Below are positions 1-12,000 of a stretch of 64,000 nt of DNA, in pieces. A model generated the notes under the pieces. The model was not told where the DNA came from. It was given only the letters and a program-made list of their open reading frames with translations, and did no database searches. The position numbers were made by a program, and so were the translations under genes. The number at the start of each line of letters is the position of its first letter. The first letter of the stretch is position 1. This stretch comes from Hormiphora californensis (Eukaryota > Animalia > Ctenophora): the NCBI GenBank assembly GCA_020137815.1, contig CM035353.1, positions 1,674,001 through 1,738,000 of the forward strand. The letters are read 5' to 3'.

Positions 1-249
1 TTAGATTCCCACATTGTATCATTCTTATCCTGTACGGATATAAATTAGAGAACCTGTATGAATTATAACAGCTCTTACTATTAGTAATTTTCCAAATCTT
101 GCATTCCTATAAATAGTAACGGCGTAACGGTGAGTGCATCATAAGAAAGACATCGGTTACACATGTATCCAGAGTGTGTGAGCGGGTGTTCAGCTAGGCT
201 ATTAATCGTTACTGCAGTAACAAGTGCTGCCATGTCGATGTGTTACATT

Positions 250-379
250 CCCTCTCTCTCTCTCACTCCCGCTCTCTTTCTCTCACTATCTCTCATTCAC
301 TTTCTCTATCTCTCTCACCATCTCTCACTCACGCTCTCTTTCTCTCTCGCTCGCCACTTCTCTCACTATCTCTCATTCA

Positions 380-463
<84 letters not shown>

Positions 464-477
464 CTCTCTCTCACTCA

Positions 478-512
<35 letters not shown>
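250..512. repeat. (CT)n microsatellite; similar tracts at ~928, 17690, 36076, 36308, 41150-41900, 46740, 62340
   Basis: Direct reading. Confidence 0.95.
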
Positions 513-926
513 CACTTCTTTATCGTCATACCTTGCCTGTTCTAATGTGCGAGTGTTTGCTTGTAATCGACCCACATAACATACTGTCGCCGCTAGATTG
601 AAAACAACAAAATACTGCACCTATTATAAGCTTCATTCTATGTAGTATTATTAGGCTACCTCGCAGCTTATATAGTATGTATTACTGGAGAGTCGAGCTG
701 TCTGTCCTAAGGATCCCGGATCCGCGGGATGTTGGAATAGACAGCAATTATACGGGGGTTAATGATGATGTCGATGCAACAATTAGAAAGTGTAGGGTTC
801 TTGGTGTGTTCTATAATTATGCCATCTTTGCAGTGTAATAGTGTGTACACTGTACACGTGCAAAGTGACCTCATGGTGCTTCAGGCCATATTGTATTGTT
901 GAACATATTGTACACGTTAGAATAGA

Positions 927-981
<55 letters not shown>

Positions 982-2662
982 CTCTCTCTCTCTCTCTCCT
1001 CTCCCTCATGAGCTTCTTTGTTCTGTCAACACAGGGACCACGCATGTCTTGTGTTCGTTTTGTGCCTTGAAATAGCAACTTTTGAAACGTGAAGCTTTTT
1101 GTTCTTGATCAAAATTGGGACAACTATTGAAATCTGGATCAATCCAATGAATGTTTCATCAACTTTGCGTTTTACCACTTGTATTATACATGTGTACAGA
1201 CCTATTATATATATGATAGTAAAGATCATAGACAAATGGGAGAGTAGCAATGTAGAGTCTACGTACAAATGCTCTAGATGCTCTAAACCTAAAGCTATGT
1301 ACAGTGTACACACAATATACACACGGTGTGTAACATTTGTACCCCTCGGGACTTGCACTGTGCTTGTTCAACTTTATATTATACTCTACAATACTACATA
1401 ATTATTGTCTCTATGAGATAGCTATTAGTCGTGTCATGCTCTTATTATTACTACTTGCTGAACTGATAATATGCTAGATGATACTTACATTCACTTGCAG
1501 TCTTTTTGCAGCCTTTTAATGTAGCCTTATTAGGAGCGACGTTCTACCCCCCCCCCTCCCCCGTCGGAATACGTTTCAAGCAACATTATGCTGGGATCAT
1601 CTTCCTATTAATATATTTTATCTTGCTATAACATATTCTATACTTGTGTGTGCCTTGTTCCTTAAGTTGCTAGTGGGGCAGCTCCCATCAACAAGTGTGT
1701 TATACAACATGGGTAACGTCATCTATGCCAACCTTCCCCTTGAAGAGCTTGAGCCACCTCTATCCAACGGTTTCCAAGGTAATAGAATTCTCCAAATCCC
1801 CCAAGAAGGTACTGCAGTACAATGGAAGATGTTGCGCAGGAGCTAGTTAGGAGGTCCCGAAACGGAGCGGCCCTTATCCGGGAGCAGTCCCGACAAGGAG
1901 CTACAATGATAAAGGAGCAGTCCCGGCAAGGCGCAACTATGATAAGGAATCAATCGCGGGAAAAAGCACGACGGTTACAGCACGTGGCTGCTAAGATGTC
2001 TCCCGGTGGTAGTAGCAGATCATCAGTGTACTACTATAAACCCGGGAAACGTTTCAAAAGTATGATCTAATATTTGGTGGTATTTCCATACACACAAGCC
2101 TGATCAATGCAATTGAGAACGGACATCAATTTGGTGTTTTCCCAATAGCTCCTAGTACACAAACAGGCAGGCTATTGTTGCCCAGCTGTGTGTAATTGTG
2201 TGGGATTACTCTAATATAGAAGGAAACGAGAAATTGCATAGAGCCAAAATTCCAAGCCAAATTCCAAAATAGAGCAGTGCCATAAATTGTGCATGGAATG
2301 ATCATATTATTTAAGAATAGATCTTGTAGCTTAGTAAGAACCATAGAAATATTAGGAGAGATTATAATATACTGATCTAATTACCTATAAAGGATTTGCA
2401 GTAGTTAGGGTCAGTGATGTCTTATATATTGCGGAAAGAATTAAAACATATACAGAAAAAGGTTGGGTAATTATAGTCTAAAATCATATACCACTGACTG
2501 GAGTTGTATGTTTAAAGTTATGATCATCATATTACTGTGCGCCCTCAACCCACATTATATATTCCACTGAGTATTAGCTACATAGCCGGAGAGAGAGAGC
2601 AGCATACAAATTAACACAGAATTTAAATTTTTAAATTGTTTATTTGCTCTTCTATCGACCTA

Positions 2663-2885
2663 TTTTTTTTTTTTTTTTTTTTTTTTGAGACCTCCCCGTG
2701 CTAACATTTGTCACTCCCTGTATTACATAACATGTACCTGTCTCCACGGTTTGACAGATGTTAGACTCTGCAGCCACATGATTGACCCCGGTAGTAGGGC
2801 CGGAATACTGCCTTTGGGTACCCAATCACTGGTACACTACCTAATCATGCGGGTAGTACAGTTACCTGTCTGGCGCCTCCACAGC
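2663..2885 (-). mobile_element. SINE-like / 5'-truncated retroposon with poly(A) tail
   Basis: T24 run at 2663-2686 (poly(A) on minus strand), flanked by direct repeat TCTATCGACCTA at 2651-2662 and 2886-2897. A related diverged body lies at ~35158-35317 (shared CCCCGTGCTAAC, GTCACTCCCTGTATTACA, TTTGACAGATGTTA). Confidence 0.75.
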
Positions 2886-3059
2886 TCTATCGACCTATTA
2901 CAATAAGTGGAAACCGTGGTCTGATGAATCTATATAGTAGATACAGTCGACCGTCTAAGTGGTGATTCATCAGAAGAGCACTTATTTGGTTGCTATAAAA
3001 TTAGAGATCTGCAGTAGTAGGATTCCATCGCGGTGAATAGTAACCCACTATATTTTCAG

Positions 3060-6000
3060 AAACTGGACCTGCAGCTGGCCACTATGGGGCGAGTACCGTT
3101 AGTTCTAATCAGCGACAGAGAGCCCTTCAGAGCATACTGGACGAGGAGTATCGGTACATAATGCATCTGAAGGATATGGTCAAGGTAAAATGACATTTGT
3201 TCAGTACTCGTATAATTTGGCCTCAATATGTATCATTTGGGTATGATGGAAGTTTCGAATAGTACCAGATAGCTATAAATTTTATTCTTTGTCTCGAGGC
3301 ACTTTTTTTTAAACGCTCATGGGTCCACAAAAAATACACAGTTGACTAAAACAAATATTTTCAGGTTTATGCGACGCCTCTTCAACATAGCCAGGCCAAC
3401 CGATCTCTTATTGATCCCATCAAGGCCCAGGAGATCTTCTTCCGTATCCCTGAGATAAGTAAGTATGCAATACAGACCTGTGTTTCCATGCCGTGTTTCC
3501 ATGGTGTTTCCGTGGTGTTTCCGTGGTGTTTCCGTGGTGTTTCTTACTTACTTCTGGTTACTTCTGATGATTCGCCGCCGTTTACACTCCGACCGGGGTA
3601 TCGCTTGCTTGCAACTCCCCGTCGTTCAGTCTCATGTCTAGTATAGAGTTCCTGGAGCTTCGTACATATCCCGTAACTGGGGGACAGTCCGAAAACGACG
3701 TCAGGTATCTTGACAGCTGAACTTTGAATACCTGGAACTCGTCAATTTGATTAAGTTTTGCAGGTAAACAGTTCCATAGTCGTGGTCCCATAACAGCAAA
3801 GGATCCGTCATATGCTGTCTGTTTGGCCATAGTGGACAGTTTGGTCAATTTGGGAACCACAGCTCGAACTCCAAGTCGGCCTCCAGTTGTGAACCTTATT
3901 TTGAGGTCATTGGAGACTAGGCCGTGTATGATCTTCCACATGTGGAGAATGGAGTATCTCTCTCTCCTGCGCTGCAGGGAGCTAAGGCCCAGGTATTGCA
4001 GTCTCTGCCAGTAATCCATCCCCTTGCACTCAGAGATCCGTCTGGTGAAGGAGCGTTGCACCCCCTCTAAAACCTGGATATCCTGGATCTTGGTAGGATT
4101 CCAAAGAGGGCAGCAGTATTCCAGCAGGCTTCTTACCATGCTCTTGTAGAGGGTTACCATAACCCCTCTATCCCTGGTCCTGAACACACTAAACACCCAG
4201 GCTGCTTTCCTCTTAGCGTTTTCGGCGATGGTAGCGATGTGACCGGACCAGGTTAGATCAGAATGAACAAGCACGCCCAAATCCTTAACCGAGGACATAG
4301 GTTTCAGCAGCCCTGCTGAAGTGCTGTAGCTCAAGATATCATCAGTAAAAGGGAGATGGTGCATGAGATGGTCACGTGAAACGCCATGCAGTAGGAATTC
4401 AAACTTATCCGTATGCAGTTTCATGTTATTTCTCAGTGACCACTCGGTAACCGAATCCAGGTCCCGTTGGAGTATTTTCATATCCATTTCTCCTCCAATA
4501 CTCTTCATGATTCGTGTGTCATCTGCAAAGCACCGCAGTGTACTTCCTGACACAACCGTTGTGATATCATTCAGATATATTAAAAAGAGCATCGGTCCCA
4601 AAACTGACCCTTGGGGAACTCCGCTCTTAACATGTACAGGCTCCGACTGACATCCATCCACCGTGACTCTCTGCACTCTTCCTTCCAGGAAAGACTGGAT
4701 CCATGTCACGAGACCTTCATGTACCTTATAGCTTCTAAGCTTTCTAATCAAGATGTTATGATCAACTCGGTCAAACGCCTTAGCGTAATCAAGGTACACA
4801 GAGTCAGTTTCCATGCCATCGAGTGCATTACTATGAATGTTGTCGAAGTGATCTAGGAGCTGGGTGAGGCAACTTCTCCCACGCCTAAATCCATGTTGAA
4901 TGTCGTTAAAAAGCTCATTTTTCTCAAAATGGTTCACTAGCTTTTTTCGTACGACTCTCTCGAAGACCTTAATGGTATGATCGGTCAGAGAGACAGGGCG
5001 ATAATTTGCAGCTGAGGACCTGCTACCCTTCTTGTAGAGGGGGGTGACAAGCGACACCTTGGACGATGATGGCACAATACCTTCCCCTATCGACCTAGTC
5101 CACATCAGGTACAGTGGGTGTGCCACCGCTTCAGCGCAGCTTTTCAGCAGTATGGCCGGTATTCCATCCGGACCAGGAGCTGCATCCGGTTTCATCTCCT
5201 TGATAGCATCTAGGATATCTTTCACTGTAAAGTCAACATCATTGTCACCAGGTGTTATTGACTCGCAAACTGTGATATCGTGTCCTGTGTTTAAGTCAGC
5301 TTCCTCCGGGTCACTGAACACAGCCTTGAATTGCCTAGACAAAGCTTCCACAATTTCTTTCTTATCAGTGATCAATTCGCCAGATTCTCCAGTTAACGCC
5401 GAGATACTGTTGCTGTCACCAGCGAAACGCTTAGCGTAGCTGTAGAAGTACTTGGCGTTTGTTTTGATCTTTTCAACTGCCAGTTTTTCCTGCTTTATAT
5501 TCTCATCCAGGATAGCATCCCGGATTTCCCCATAAAGCACATCGATCCTCTTTTGGAGAGCTTCAATCTGACTGATTGGAGTATCCTTTTTCTCCAAGAG
5601 CAGTGCGAGACGCCCTTTCGCAGCTCTTTTTTTCCGAGAAAGTTTTCTGACAAGCTTTGGCCTCCCCCTTCTCGGTTTCTTCCTAGGTGCATGAATCTGA
5701 GCAATCTGGAACAATATATCCCTGAATACTCGAGGAAGCTCTTCCGTCGTGCACTTACCGAATACAGCTTCCCAATCCACCTTTTTTACCGCCTCACATA
5801 TTGCCTCTGTATCTGCTTTGTACATATCCAGTGAACGAAACTCATCAGCAGCAAACTGAGGTGGCACAGTTTCCCTGGCTGCAGAGCACGGATTCCGAGT
5901 CACACCAAACTCCAATAGGTTGTGGTCCGACAACCTAGTCTCCTTGCTCCTCACACGGTTAACCAGTGTCTCAGAGTTGCTGAAAACCAAATCCAAGTAG

Positions 6001-9000
6001 CTGCTGCCTCTCGATGGTACATCAATATATTGAGAAAGCAGCGTGTCCTCAGTGAAGCTAAGCAGTGCATCACTATTTGCTGTTCTTGGGTTTGCCTCAG
6101 GTGGATTCCAAGCGATCTCAGGTACATTAAAATCTCCCATAAGACAGACAAAATGATCTGGCCTCTGTTCGATGAAATTTCTGGCTACCTCCAGGCACGC
6201 CCTAAAATCACTAACTGGAGCGGATGGTGATCTGTACAGTACCCCAAATACCCACTTGCTTGGGCTTGAGGAGCACATTAACAGCTGACAGCTGTCTTTA
6301 TCCAAAGCTACATGCTCGTCTATCGGTAGATCAAATGACGTCAGCAGCATAACACCGCCCCCTGTCCTGTATCTCCGATCACAACGGTAGACCCTGTACT
6401 TCTCCCATCCATTTAGAATTTGTAAGTTTTCCACGTATGGTTTAAGCCATGTTTCTGTCACAGCTATGAAGGGTACCTCTCCTGGGATTGACTCCACATC
6501 CTCCCTGAGGCACTGCAACTTCCAAGCACATTTACTCCTTGCACTTGGGTTGCAGGATTGGGCGTTTAATAACACGCCTGACTGCAGCACCCGTGGCCGG
6601 ATCCGACCCGAGACCTCCCCATTGAGCAGCTCTTTCCTTGATCTGCTCTCAGAGTTTTCAGGGTTTTCTGCATTTGTGTCTGATCCCCTTTTATGTCCGA
6701 CATTCCCTTCTGAAGCTTTTCCAAAAGGGATTTGATAGCTAAAAAATCACCCTGACTTTTAGCTGGAGTGAATTTTGCGTTTGGTTTCCATGCCGTGTTT
6801 CCATGCCGTGTTTCCATGGTGTTTCAATGGTGATCACTGATCAAATTCTGTAGTTAGAGATGGCTGAGCTGTTCAATGTCGGATGTTGATATATATCGGT
6901 TCACTATATTATATTTTCTAGCTGTACATCACGAGTTCTTCTACGAGATGCTAAGAAGAAGAAGTGCCACGTGGAGCAGACACCAAAGCATCGGGGACAT
7001 ACTACTCCAATTGGTACGTACATACATACAGTACTAGTATAACTGACTGTGTTTCTGCAAAAAATGGGCGCTAATAGGGGTGTGCACTTTCTGGGAACCA
7101 TCCAACCATTTTGACTACAATGTCCTGCTCATCTCACCATAAACTCTTTTCAGTTCCAAAAACCTGCCCTATTCGCTGTCTGCTCATCTCACCATAAACT
7201 CTTTTCAGTTCCAAAAACCTGCCCTATTCGCTGCCTACTCAGCATACATTGACAACTACTCTCTGGCCCTGGAGATAGTGGAGGATGCCAGACATGCCCG
7301 TCCCGCATTCTCAAAACTTCTAGATGTAGGTTATCAGCAGGAACCGACCGAATCAGGAAATACTGGTCCCTGATTGGCTGATAACCAGTCACGTGACCTA
7401 AATAACGAGTTCTGATTGGTTGTTTACTTGTTTCGGTCGGGTCCTGGTTATTAGTAGAGGGGGTTCCGGGTTGGAGTACCCCCATACCCATCCCGTGATT
7501 AGCTAAGTTGAGCTTGCTCAATGTGTGTATATTTTACTGATGTAAGTTATGTTAGAAATTATGCCACAATTTACACCTTATTATTTGATCTATTCCTAAT
7601 TTCAGATATATCCATGAATTATATTTAGTTAAACATCCAGGTGTATTTTGAACACCATGTTCCTAACCCCTTAGTAGCTCCTTTCATTACAGAAACTGCG
7701 AAACAAGAGCAACCAGATGTCTCTAGAGGAGTTGATACGATTGCCAGTGGAGCACATTCCCCAGGTATATTTAACAGCTGTATAACACAATAATAACTGT
7801 ATACAATAACTGTATACATTAACAGCTGTATAACACAATAACTGTATACAATAACTGTATACATTAAGGGTACACCTCGGCAAAATTTTTGTCGAGTGCC
7901 CGCTTAGCTCTCCATATGGGGTTGTAGGGCATACCAAGCCGACCTCAAATATGCAATTTTAGCCCTTAACTCGAATTCATATTTTTGCTACAGCCCCTCA
8001 AAGTTTGACCCTAAAAACCGGTTTTTAAGGTCCCTAAATTTTATTTTTAGGGCCAGAAAGCTGAAAATTTAGGGATTCATAGAGGATACCAAGGTGTATA
8101 GCTCAAACAGAAATTTTTTGAAATGGAGCTCAATTTTTTGTCTGAGACTATTTTACTTTTTTTGACTTTGAGGCCATATTTGGACATGTTCCTATGGACC
8201 GTTAAGGCTAAAAATTGGATATTTGGTGCTCCTAACAATTGTCAAAGTAGCCACAAAGTTTCAGGAGGTCCGAATTTGAAATGTGGCCTACAGGTTTCTT
8301 TTTGTAAAGCACATATTTTAGGAAAACTTAAAATGGCTATATCTCAAAAACGGTAGGTCCTAGCGATCTAATTTCGTGCTAAATCGATTCAGCGGGTCCG
8401 ATTTTGGGGGGGTCGTCTCTTAGACATTTTGCTCTAAGTCTAACCGTTTTTTCAGAAATCGTATTTTAAGATTTGTACATGTTTAGCAGAAATAGGTAAG
8501 ATTAGCTCTAGCTAGAAGCATTTCTGCTAAACATGTACAAACCTTAAAATACGATTTCTGAAAAAACGGTTAGACTTAGAGCAAAATGTCTAAGAGACGA
8601 CCCCCCCAAAATCGGACCCGCTGAATCGATTTAGCACGAAATTAGATCGCTAGGACCTACCGTTTTTGAGATATAGCCATTTTAAGTTTTCCTAAAATAT
8701 GTGCTTTACAAAAAGAAACCTGTAGGCCACATTTCAAATTCGGACCTCCTGAAAATTTGTGGCTACTTTGACAATTGTTAGGAGCACCAAATATCCAATT
8801 TTTAGCCTTAACGGTCCATAGGAACATGTCCAAATATGGCCTCAAAGTCAAAAAAAGTAAAATAGTCTCAGACAAAAAATTGAGCTCCATTTCAAAAAAT
8901 TTCTGTTTGAGCTATACACCTTGGTATCCTCTATGAATCCCTAAATTTTCAGCTTTCTGGCCCTAAAAATAAAATTTAGGGACCTTAAAAACCGGTTTTT

Positions 9001-12000
9001 AGGGTCAAACTTTGAGGGGCTGTAGCAAAAATATGAATTCGAGTTAAGGGCTAAAATTGCATATTTGAGGTCGGCTTGGTATGCCCTACAACCCCATATG
9101 AAGAGCTAAGCGGGCACTCGACAAAAATTTTGCCGAGGTGTACCCTTAACAGCTGTATAACACAATAATAACTGTATATATGATAACTGCAGTTATACAT
9201 GTATACAATAACTGTATACAATAACTGTATACAATAACAGCTGCATACACAATGATAATTGTATATGATAACTGTATATATGATAGGTATAACAGCAGAT
9301 GTATATGAGGGACCTGGTTCCATAATGGTATAAGTGCAGATATACCAAAATGGAGATAACAGTGGGAGCATGTTTGGGATGGTCTAATGTACCTCCTGAC
9401 CAATTTTGGTGAAGATCTGACCTCGGGAACACAAAAAAAACTTTGGTACATCTTAACTTATACCACCACTTTTGCAGTTTTTTGACCTCCTTGGGATATC
9501 TTAAGATAGTACAAAGGCTTCAAAATACGTAATGGTATATGTTGAGATACTACTAAGTTATAAAATATGAGTATGGTATATCTGTAGATATTTTGGGGGT
9601 ATATCTGCAGATGTACCACCCTTAGACAGTTACCATATATGGTATATCTGCAGATATACCAATTATTAATAGAAGTTTTGGTATATCTGCAAAAATGCAC
9701 CTTCAAAAAAATATAAAACTAGGTACATCTGCAGATATACCAGCCAATATTTTTATAAACGGTGGTATATCTGCATATGTACCACTTATCTAAAACAATA
9801 ATGGTATATCTGCAGATATACCACTTATAATAATAGGAGGTTGGTATATCTGAGACTAAACTTTTTCTACGGGCCGAGAATTTTTGCTGTTTTGTTGGAA
9901 TCTGTTACTTTTTACTAGAAGTTGAGGATAATTGCTTGAGGTTTCTAAAATGCATAGGGTTGACGGGGTAAGATTGTATATTCAATGGAGTGCAACTGCT
10001 TGAAGTTTAAAAAACAGTTTTTTGCGATTATCTCAAAATGCACTTTCTGCAGATATACCATTATGGAACCAGGTCCCTCATATATACCATCGCAGATCAA
10101 TTATTGCAGATCTATATACCATATTTCATTGGTTTGGGATTCTAGATTATACCACAAACAAGGTTTTAACATGCATGAAATCTTTCAAAACAGATTTTTT
10201 TTGAAAGATTTAAAATTTAATTCTTAATTAATTCCAGTACAAAAAGCTAATATCCGAACTGATAAAGCTGACTGAAACGGAAGATCCGGATTTTATGTAT
10301 CTAAACCTAGCCCGACAAGAGGTAACATGTGTGTGTGAAGAGAGTGCATGTGAACTGTAAAATAGTCCAATATATGGATCTGCATATTTTTATAATTGGC
10401 TAAACTTCTGAGAAATTGGGCGGTTGATATGTATCACATGAAACTTCACACATGATATTTTCACAAACTCTTATCATAGGTTGACATTCTGACGGAAAAG
10501 TTGGCTGGCCGACAAGCACAGGCTGAGAAGAATTTCTCAGTTAGGCAACTGGAGAGAAGGATAACGGGAATGAAGAAATCTCTAATTGCACCTCAGAGAT
10601 TTATTGTTCGATCAGATCGGGTCCGGGAACTGGTATGTTAAATACATTTTAATAGTTGGGTAACCATGGTTTAACGAACACCACATCCCTCTTGGTAATG
10701 AAAGTACCCGGCTCGCATTTCGTTACCAACCATCCTCCTCCTCTCTCAGGACATAATGACGGACAGGTCAGAGGATCGGCAACTAATCGTCATGACAGAC
10801 ATTCTGGTTAGTAGTAGTAAATTAGTTATACACATACATTAAATAGGACTCAAATTGAGAGTCTCTTAATGAAACTTTTGCCCGTGTTCCCCTTCTGTCT
10901 TGTAGGTTTGCCTCGAACCCATTTTGAGGCATGCCTACGAGAAAAAAGGGCAACAAAACAACCCACCCCTCCACTATAGGTGTGCCTGAAACCCATCACA
11001 ACCCGCTCCTCCACTAGGTGTGCCTGAAACCCATAACAACCCGCCCCTCCACTGTAGGTGTGCCTGAAACCCATAACAACCCGCCCCTCCACTGTAGGTG
11101 TGCCTGAAACCCATAACAACCCGCCCCTCCACTGTAGGTGTGCCTGAAACCCATCACAACCCGATCTTCATCGTCTGCCATGTATCTGACGGGTGCAGGA
11201 GCTGGACCAGCCCCGGAGTTCCAGTACATGTGGGATTGTCTCATCACTGATGTAGAACTCAGGAAAACAAGGGAATTACCGGTAATGACTTACTTGACTT
11301 ACTTGACTTAATAGTTACCGGTAATTAGTAAAGCTAAAAGTTGCTTTAATATATAATGGTTTAGCTTCATTTCGTATTATTATCGTATACTTTCTTGAAA
11401 TTATGTTATCGGTCCTATTGAACAGCGGTGATACTGTCAATGTCCCGAAGGTAGACGAGGAGATCTCTGATAATGCCAATATCAACAATATCTGCCCTAA
11501 AAGCCATGCCCTCCCCCGCTTATTAGGACCCCTGATGTATATAATACAATATAATATTATCTCTCCCGAAGGTAGAGGAGGAGACTTCTGATACGGAGGA
11601 TGCCCACCAGACTCTAGTTGAGGATCTCCGTCTCTTGGAACAAATAGATGGCCTGCGGAAGAAGCTACGAGGCAGCTACACGGTAGGTTTCACTGCAGCA
11701 CAACATTCCTAATTTCCTTGCATATTGTTTTAACCGGGACACGGTGAGAGTTGGATGAGCAATACAAAACTCAAAACCTAATGACAATAGTTTGTTTTAT
11801 ATAATCAGTAAACTCTGGTCTGTGTAAATTACACTTGATTAGCTCATGTGATCCCATCCATTTGCAGACGATAAGGTTTGACAAGTTGGGGGATGTCTGT
11901 GTGAAGTTACGGAAAGAGATTGAGGAGAAGCAGTTGAATAAAGAAAGCAGACGGGGAAAAGTGGTCGATATTCGACGTCCTGTAAAGTAAGAAAAATTGG

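Larger units (their letters stand above)
3544..6783 (-). mobile_element. 5'-truncated CR1/L2-group LINE (LINE-A) inserted in an intronic GTGTTTCCRTG minisatellite
   Basis: Intact APE-RT frame plus ORF1 C-terminal remnant, short AAGT-type 3' tail. The minisatellite continues on both sides (3480-3543, 6784-6826); possible GTTTC TSD at 3539-3543 and 6784-6788. Confidence 0.9.

Noticed and set aside
163-601. Ser/Leu- or Arg/Glu-rich ORFs here and at ~17668, 35852-36486, 41042-42127, 42621-43252, 58441-58930
   Set aside because: Translations of (CT)n, (GACA)n and (GTTT)n microsatellites.
3823-6735. Plus-strand ORFs antisense to LINE-A (and 52949-54957 antisense to LINE-B)
   Set aside because: Shadow frames of RT coding sequence lying in host introns.
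8123-8890. Pairs of near-identical ORFs on opposite strands (also 18568/18897, 28079/28116, 29307/30613, 60681/60729)
   Set aside because: By-products of foldback MITE arms; no transposase motifs.
10953-11163. CRISPR-like look of the 39-bp array (also 12243-12502 and 61408-61995)
   Set aside because: Head-to-tail repeats with no unique spacers, no cas genes, and a eukaryotic context.
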